From positions 15,509 through 79,508 of the forward strand of contig CACNQE010000008.1 in assembly GCA_902622515.1 (NCBI GenBank): DNA of 64,000 nucleotides, in the 5' to 3' direction. Shown here piece by piece: positions 58,594-64,000 of the stretch (within the stretch, counting starts at the first letter, position 1; every line of letters begins with the position of its first letter). The stretch comes from an uncultured SAR116 cluster alpha proteobacterium (GTDB lineage Bacteria > Pseudomonadota > Alphaproteobacteria > Puniceispirillales > Puniceispirillaceae). The notes below the pieces were generated by a model that was not told the DNA's origin, made no database searches, and saw nothing but the letters and a program-made list of their open reading frames with translations. The translations under genes were made by a program, and so were the position numbers.

Positions 58594-59955
58594 ATGGCGA
58601 ACCATGAAGAACGCTCAAGCATTGGGGGTAGGTTAAGAAGATATGCGCAAGTAACAGGTACCATGTCTAGTTTGGCGGCAAGGCTCGCAGGAGAACGGTA
58701 CTTAGGATTAGAATTGGACCGCTCTAAACATGCCATTCAACTTCGTGAAGCATTAGGAAGTTTAAAGGGACCACTCATGAAAGTTGCGCAAATTCTATCA
58801 ACCATTCCAGATGCACTTCCAAAAGAATACGCGGATGAATTAGCTGTTTTGCAAGCTGATGCGCCAGCGATGGGCTGGCTCTTTGTTAAGAGGCGCATGA
58901 GGTCTGAGCTTGGAAATGAATGGGAAGAAAAATTTGAAAGTTTTGATAAGAAAGCGTTTTCCGCTGCTTCTCTTGGTCAGGTTCATCAAGCAAAACTTGA
59001 CAATGAAAAGGTGGCTGTAAAGCTACAATACCCAGATATGGATTCTGCTATTAATGCGGATTTAAACCAGTTGAAACTTGTGTTTTCCTTGTATGAGCGG
59101 ATTGACTCTGCGATCTCTACGAAGGACATTTTCACAGAATTATCTGACAGGTTACGTGAAGAGCTGGATTATAATCGAGAAGCATTGAATATGAAATTAT
59201 ACCGATTAATGCTCGCGGGTGAAAACAAGGTTGTTCTACCCAAACCAATAGATGATCTTACAACTTCTCGTGTTTTAACGATGAGCTGGGTTGATGGTCT
59301 GAAACTAATGAAATATCTTGAAAGAGAACCATCTCAAGATGATAGGAATATGGTTGCAATAAATATGTTTCGTACCTGGTATGTACCTTTTTATTATTAC
59401 GGTGTAATTCATGGTGATCCTCATCTTGGTAATTATTCAATTACCAAAGACTTAAAGATAAACTTGATGGATTTTGGCTCTATTCGTGTTTTTCGACCAG
59501 AATTTGTCGGGGGCGTTATTGATTTATATAAAGCACTAAGAGATGGGAATATCGAGCTGGCTGTTCATGCTTATTCTCAGTGGGGTTTTAAAGGTCTAGA
59601 TAAAGAGGCGATTGAAATTCTAAATATTTGGGCAAGGTTTATTTATGGCCCTTTATTAGAGGATAAAATAAGACCCATTCAAGAAATGAGAAGTGGAAAC
59701 TACGGTCGCGAGCTCGCTGGTAAAGTTCATGAAGAACTTAAAAGAATAGGGGGCATAAAACCACCACGTGAATTTGTTTTAATGGATAGAGCTGCAGTCG
59801 GATTAGGATCTGTTTTTATGCATTTAAAAGCAGAGGTTAATTGGCATCAACTTTTTCACGGACTCATTGACGATTTTACACTTGATTCCTTAGAAAAACG
59901 CCAAAATAGCGCGATCAAACAGATAGGGCTTCCAGAAAGCTTGATAGCAAAATAA
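58594..59955 (+). CDS. ABC1/UbiB/COQ8-family atypical kinase
   Basis: GPLMKVAQILSTIPD (KxGQ-type motif), AASLGQVHQAKL and HGDPHLGNY. It lacks C-terminal TM helices. Its start lies 3 nt after the pepF stop. Confidence 0.8.
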   Translation: MANHEERSSIGGRLRRYAQVTGTMSSLAARLAGERYLGLELDRSKHAIQLREALGSLKGPLMKVAQILSTIPDALPKEYADELAVLQADAPAMGWLFVKRRMRSELGNEWEEKFESFDKKAFSAASLGQVHQAKLDNEKVAVKLQYPDMDSAINADLNQLKLVFSLYERIDSAISTKDIFTELSDRLREELDYNREALNMKLYRLMLAGENKVVLPKPIDDLTTSRVLTMSWVDGLKLMKYLEREPSQDDRNMVAINMFRTWYVPFYYYGVIHGDPHLGNYSITKDLKINLMDFGSIRVFRPEFVGGVIDLYKALRDGNIELAVHAYSQWGFKGLDKEAIEILNIWARFIYGPLLEDKIRPIQEMRSGNYGRELAGKVHEELKRIGGIKPPREFVLMDRAAVGLGSVFMHLKAEVNWHQLFHGLIDDFTLDSLEKRQNSAIKQIGLPESLIAK

Positions 59956-59974
59956 TCAAAAAAATAAGATACTA

Positions 59975-61354
59975 CTATTTAGTTATTTTGCTTAATAGTT
60001 CGTCGAGGGAAGCTTTAGCGTCTCCATATAACATTCTAGAATTATCTTTGAAGAAAAGTGGGTTTTCAATTCCAGAATAACCGCGGCCTTGACCACGCTT
60101 TGAAATAATGACCTGTCCTGCCTTCCAGACTTCCAAGACTGGCATTCCAGCGATGGGGCTATTTGGATCGTCCTGAGCAGCTGGATTTACAATATCATTG
60201 GCACCAAGAATGATGACCATATCTGTATCGGGAAAATCCTCGTTTATTTCATCCATCTCTAAAACAATATCATAAGGCACTTTAGCTTCTGCAAGAAGCA
60301 CATTCATATGTCCAGGTAGCCTGCCTGCAACTGGATGTATTGCAAATCTAACATTTTTACCTTTATCTCTTAAACGTCGCGTAATCTCTGAAACGGCACT
60401 TTGTGCTTGTGCAACTGCCATTCCATAGCCAGGAACAATTACAATATTCTGAGCGTCTGCAATGTCAGCAGCAACACTTGATATATCGGTTGCAACCATT
60501 TCACCTTCAACCTCTTGGGTAGGGCCAACAGAAGTTCCCCAGCCGCCTAAGATTACGGAAATAAAGTTCCTATTCATGGCTTTACACATTATATAAGATA
60601 AAATTGCACCAGAAGCTCCAACAAGTGCACCGGTAACTATAAGCAAATCATTTCCAAGCAGGAAACCTGTAGCGGCGGCTGCCCAGCCAGAGTAAGAATT
60701 CAGCATAGAAACAACAACTGGCATATCAGCCCCACCTATTGCCATTACAAGATGGGCACCAAAAATTAAAGCCACAATCGTCATGAGGTATAGTGGCCAC
60801 GAACCAATATGGTTTAGAAATAGCGAACCGAGCCATACACAAAATAATACCGCGGCTAAATTTAGCCAATTTCTTGCCGGGAGAAGTAATGCTTTGCCAT
60901 CAATTGTGCCAGACAATTTACCATAAGCAATAACAGACCCTGTTGCTGTAACTGCGCCAATAAAGACCCCAATAAAAATCTCAATATCATGAATAATTAG
61001 TTCGGCTCCAAAAAGGTTAGATGGAGGATCAATATGTGAATTTATTCCAATAAAAACTGCAGCTATGCCAACAAAGCTGTGAAGAGCAGCAACTAGTTGT
61101 GGCATCCCAGTCATTTCAACGCGTTGAGCCACTACTGTTCCAATAATACTGCCTATTACGATCATAGGTATTATCCAGATAAATCCAGAAACTTTTGGTC
61201 CAAAAACTGTTCCAAAAACAGCTAAGGCCATGCCCACTATGCCAAACCATACGGCTCGTTTAGCTTTTTCTTGGTTAGAGAGGCCACCGAGTGATAAAAT
61301 AAATAACACACTCGCAGCAATGTAGACGGCAGTTACTATATTAGAACTCAGCAT
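59975..61354 (-). CDS. pntB: NAD(P) transhydrogenase subunit beta
   Basis: N-terminal TM domain, then dIII motifs: [33 protein letters not shown] and [10 protein letters not shown]. Confidence 0.9.
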   Translation of the reverse strand: MLSSNIVTAVYIAASVLFILSLGGLSNQEKAKRAVWFGIVGMALAVFGTVFGPKVSGFIWIIPMIVIGSIIGTVVAQRVEMTGMPQLVAALHSFVGIAAVFIGINSHIDPPSNLFGAELIIHDIEIFIGVFIGAVTATGSVIAYGKLSGTIDGKALLLPARNWLNLAAVLFCVWLGSLFLNHIGSWPLYLMTIVALIFGAHLVMAIGGADMPVVVSMLNSYSGWAAAATGFLLGNDLLIVTGALVGASGAILSYIMCKAMNRNFISVILGGWGTSVGPTQEVEGEMVATDISSVAADIADAQNIVIVPGYGMAVAQAQSAVSEITRRLRDKGKNVRFAIHPVAGRLPGHMNVLLAEAKVPYDIVLEMDEINEDFPDTDMVIILGANDIVNPAAQDDPNSPIAGMPVLEVWKAGQVIISKRGQGRGYSGIENPLFFKDNSRMLYGDAKASLDELLSKITK

Positions 61355-61365
61355 AGGTTATACCT

Positions 61366-62931
61366 CTAACTCTTTTGAAACATAGCAAGCATTCTTTTTG
61401 TTACCAAAAATCCTCCGACAATATTTATGGTAGCAATTAAGACTGAGATACTTGCAAGCACGGTAACAATGAAACTACTAGAGCCAACTTGTAGCAGTGC
61501 ACCTAAAATAATGATGCCGGAAATAGCGTTAGTAACTGCCATTAGTGGGGTATGAAGAGCATGACTAACATTCCAAATAACCTGATACCCTATGAAGCAA
61601 GCTAACGCAAATACTATAAAATGTTGCATAAAGCTGGCTGGAGCGAAATTTCCAATGATTAACATGAATAAACCACCAACTACGAGTAGCCCCCACTGCT
61701 GTTGTCCAGATTTACGGATAGCTGCTTGTTCGAGAGCTGCTTTTTCTTCAGCTGTTGGCTCAACTTGTTGTTTTGGAGTTGTCTGTTTTCCTATAAAAGC
61801 AATTTTTGGTGCTGGTGGCGGGAACATCAATTTACCCTTGTGACTAACTAACGCGCCCCGAATAACATCATCTTGAAGATTTATATTTACCTTCCCATTG
61901 TTTTTTGGGGTAAGATCGTCAATCATGTGACGTATATTGGTAGAATATAGAGTAGAGCTTTGAGCGGCCATCCGACTTGGGAAGTCTGTATATCCAATGA
62001 TTTTAACATCATTGTCTGTTTTTACTGTTTGATTTGGCTTTGTCAGGTCACAATTACCGCCTTGCTCTGCAGCTAAGTCAATTATTACAGAGCCAGGTTT
62101 CATTAAAGATACCATCTCTTTAGGCCATAATTTTGGGGCAGGTTTCCCTGGAATCAATGCAGTTGTAATGACGATATCAACTTCCGGTGCCTGCTCACGA
62201 AATAGAGCCATTTCTTTCTCAATGAATTCTGGTGAAGCTGGTTTTGCATAGCCACCTTCTCCTGAACCATCTTCATCGAATTCAAGAAAGAGGAACTCAG
62301 CTCCCATGGATTCAATTTGTTCAGACACCTCTGGACGTACGTCGAATGCTCGAACAATTGCACCAAGAGACTGTGCTGTGCCAATTGCTGCAAGTCCTGC
62401 GACACCAGCTCCTATCACAAGGACCTTTGCAGGAGGCACCTTACCCGCTGCTGTTATTTGCCCAGTAAAAAATCTACCAAAATGATTACCTGCTTCAATT
62501 ACTGCTCGATACCCGGCTATGTTTGCCATTGAAGAAAGGGCGTCCATTTTTTGCGCACGGCTTATTCTCGGCACCATATCTATTGCAATCTGACTACAAC
62601 CTGATGATACTACACGGTCTAAAAGCTCTTTGTTTTGAGCTGGCCAGAAGAAGCTAATAACTGTTTTATCCTTATTTAAGTAAGCTTCTTCAACTTTATT
62701 TACCGCTTGAACTTTTATGATAACATCAGATTGTTTCCATAAATTTGAGGCTGTTTTGATTATTTTCACCCCGGCGGCTTTATAATCAGCATCTGAAAAT
62801 CCGGCCTCTACACCAGCTCCTGTTTCTATAATACATTCAAAACCCAGCTTTAAAAGTTGGCTGGCGCTAGCTGGTGTCATTGCAACTCGTTTTTCACCTG
62901 CTTGTAGTTCTTTAGGAGAGCCAATTATCAT
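61366..62931 (-). CDS. pntA: NAD(P) transhydrogenase subunit alpha (fused alpha1+alpha2, E. coli-type)
   Basis: The dI domain ([25 protein letters not shown]) is fused to four C-terminal TM helices. Confidence 0.9.
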   Translation of the reverse strand: MIIGSPKELQAGEKRVAMTPASASQLLKLGFECIIETGAGVEAGFSDADYKAAGVKIIKTASNLWKQSDVIIKVQAVNKVEEAYLNKDKTVISFFWPAQNKELLDRVVSSGCSQIAIDMVPRISRAQKMDALSSMANIAGYRAVIEAGNHFGRFFTGQITAAGKVPPAKVLVIGAGVAGLAAIGTAQSLGAIVRAFDVRPEVSEQIESMGAEFLFLEFDEDGSGEGGYAKPASPEFIEKEMALFREQAPEVDIVITTALIPGKPAPKLWPKEMVSLMKPGSVIIDLAAEQGGNCDLTKPNQTVKTDNDVKIIGYTDFPSRMAAQSSTLYSTNIRHMIDDLTPKNNGKVNINLQDDVIRGALVSHKGKLMFPPPAPKIAFIGKQTTPKQQVEPTAEEKAALEQAAIRKSGQQQWGLLVVGGLFMLIIGNFAPASFMQHFIVFALACFIGYQVIWNVSHALHTPLMAVTNAISGIIILGALLQVGSSSFIVTVLASISVLIATINIVGGFLVTKRMLAMFQKS

Positions 62932-63153
62932 TTTGTCAACTTCCGTTCTATATTTTCAATAATATTATGCCAAACCGAACCTTCAAGTTATTTAATATAA
63001 GGTTTTTAAGTTAATATTTTTGCTAAGGTAATAGGTAACTCTTCAGAATTATTGCTAAACTCAACGGTTAATTAAGATTTGTTAAAAAAGTACAAATAAG
63101 TCTAATACTACTGGTAGACTGATTTATATTTTAATGATCATAAGTTTAGAATA

Positions 63154-63357
63154 TTAATATCCTTCACGTTCCATGCGCTTTCGCATTAGTTTGCGTACAC
63201 GGCGTGTCGATTCTGCAGCTTCTCGAGCTCGTCGTTCTGAAGGTTTTTCGAAATTACGTCTATTTTTCATCTCACGAAACATTCCCTCGCGTTGCATCTT
63301 TTTTTTAAGCACCCTAAGTGCTTGGTCTACATTATTTTCTCTTACAGCGACGTACAC
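63154..63357 (-). CDS. rpsU: 30S ribosomal protein S21
   Basis: [23 protein letters not shown]...FEKPSE.RR, 67 aa and basic. Confidence 0.9.
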   Translation of the reverse strand: MYVAVRENNVDQALRVLKKKMQREGMFREMKNRRNFEKPSERRAREAAESTRRVRKLMRKRMEREGY

Positions 63358-63509
63358 AGATTAATATCCTCGTTTGCATTTAAAAATTGATAATATTATT
63401 TTCGTTGGTACTGTTATCATATTTATCTAATATGTGCAAACATTGTCTTTTATTAAGATCTCACCATATGTTAATAAGCAACTAGAAATTCATTATTGAT
63501 GGAATTTAT

Positions 63510-64000
63510 ATGACCAAAATAAACAGTACAGAAAATCAGGATCGCTGTAAAATTGTTCGTGCTTGTCTAACACATGTGCCTTTCGACGGTTGGACTCAAA
63601 AGAGTTTAGAACTTGCGGCTAAGGATTGTGGTTTTCAAGCCACGGATATTGCGCGAATTTTGCCTCGTGGTGTTTCACAGGCCATAGAAATTTATTCACA
63701 ATTAGCAGATGATGATATGGTTTCTGCTTTCGAAACGAAAATGAAGGATGCCGATAATGCTCCAAATGGAGTAACCGCTAAAATAAAATTTATGATCATC
63801 GTTCGATTGGAGCAGGCTTTGCCTCATAAGGAGGTGGTTAGAAAAACAGCACAATACCTTTTAAACCCGAGAAATTTGCAACTTAGTCAAAAACTCCTGT
63901 ATCAAACTATTGACCTCATTTGGCGAACTACAGGAGATCACTCGACAGATATCAGTTTTTTTACTAAACGGGGACTACTCGGGGCATTGTACTCCTCCAC
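63510..64000 (+). CDS. COQ9-family protein (the rpsU-divergently transcribed protein), 3' end outside the window
   Basis: My own translation from the ATG at 63510 stays open to the window end: MTKINSTENQDRCKIVRACLTHVPFDGWTQKSLELAAKDCGF...DHSTDISFFTKRGLLGALYSS. It shows the COQ9 hallmarks (FDGW.., D.STD..F.TKR..L...Y) and the conserved divergent arrangement with rpsU. It is absent from the ORF track because it has no stop codon in the window. Confidence 0.75.
   Translation, partial: MTKINSTENQDRCKIVRACLTHVPFDGWTQKSLELAAKDCGFQATDIARILPRGVSQAIEIYSQLADDDMVSAFETKMKDADNAPNGVTAKIKFMIIVRLEQALPHKEVVRKTAQYLLNPRNLQLSQKLLYQTIDLIWRTTGDHSTDISFFTKRGLLGALYSS

Noticed and set aside
63358-63509. tgataa-N20-ttatca inverted repeat and possible small RNA in the rpsU/COQ9 divergent region
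   Set aside because: The arms are short and AT-only with a long spacer, and there is no terminator-like structure. This is insufficient to call a regulatory site or ncRNA.
1-64000. CRISPR arrays, rRNA genes, prophage or defence islands, toxin-antitoxin pairs
   Set aside because: I saw no periodically spaced repeats, no rRNA-like conserved stretches, and no phage, recombinase, nuclease or small paired-ORF architectures while reading both strands. The only tandem repeat is the 2 x 30 bp unit at 24504-24563.

Overview
This 64 kb window looks like chromosomal DNA from an AT-rich, free-living (probably marine) alphaproteobacterium. The lineage call rests on GapR/DUF2312, a Mic60-like gene in a hemC-hemD-hemY context, rpsU divergent from COQ9, IalB, the RpoE-ChrR pair and a PopZ-like protein. 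Coding density is high: about 66 CDS and one tRNA-Arg(CCT). I found no rRNA, CRISPR array, transposase, integrase or recognisable defence system.

Most genes are housekeeping: heme synthesis, an ABC amino-acid importer, pyk, sodB, argG, fbp/fba, trxB, pyrF, fhs, pntAB and rpsU.

The most unusual locus is at 42.3-47.3 kb. It is a visibly AT-richer block ending at the tRNA-Arg gene. It encodes a 700-aa STT3/PglB-type oligosaccharyltransferase with every catalytic signature intact (EL1 Asp, DTD, TVTE, WWDYGY, MxxI). That gene is divergent from an operon of a PopZ-like protein, an EamA transporter and a GT4 glycosyltransferase. PglB-type N-glycosylation is classically an epsilon/deltaproteobacterial trait, so this is the best candidate for an undescribed system here.

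Other points of interest:
- two further GT-C (ArnT-like) enzymes, one in an ArnT/GT2/LAB_N module
- a ChrR anti-sigma factor lacking the canonical zinc (HxxxCxxC) motif
- a 30-bp tandem duplication upstream of ialB
- a polyamine/guanidino catabolic cluster with two glutamine-synthetase-like paralogs and an ureohydrolase
- an orphan TupA-like binding protein
- a GlxA/GbdR-type regulator divergent from fhs

All functional calls come from reading the translated ORFs for motifs by eye. No database search was run.
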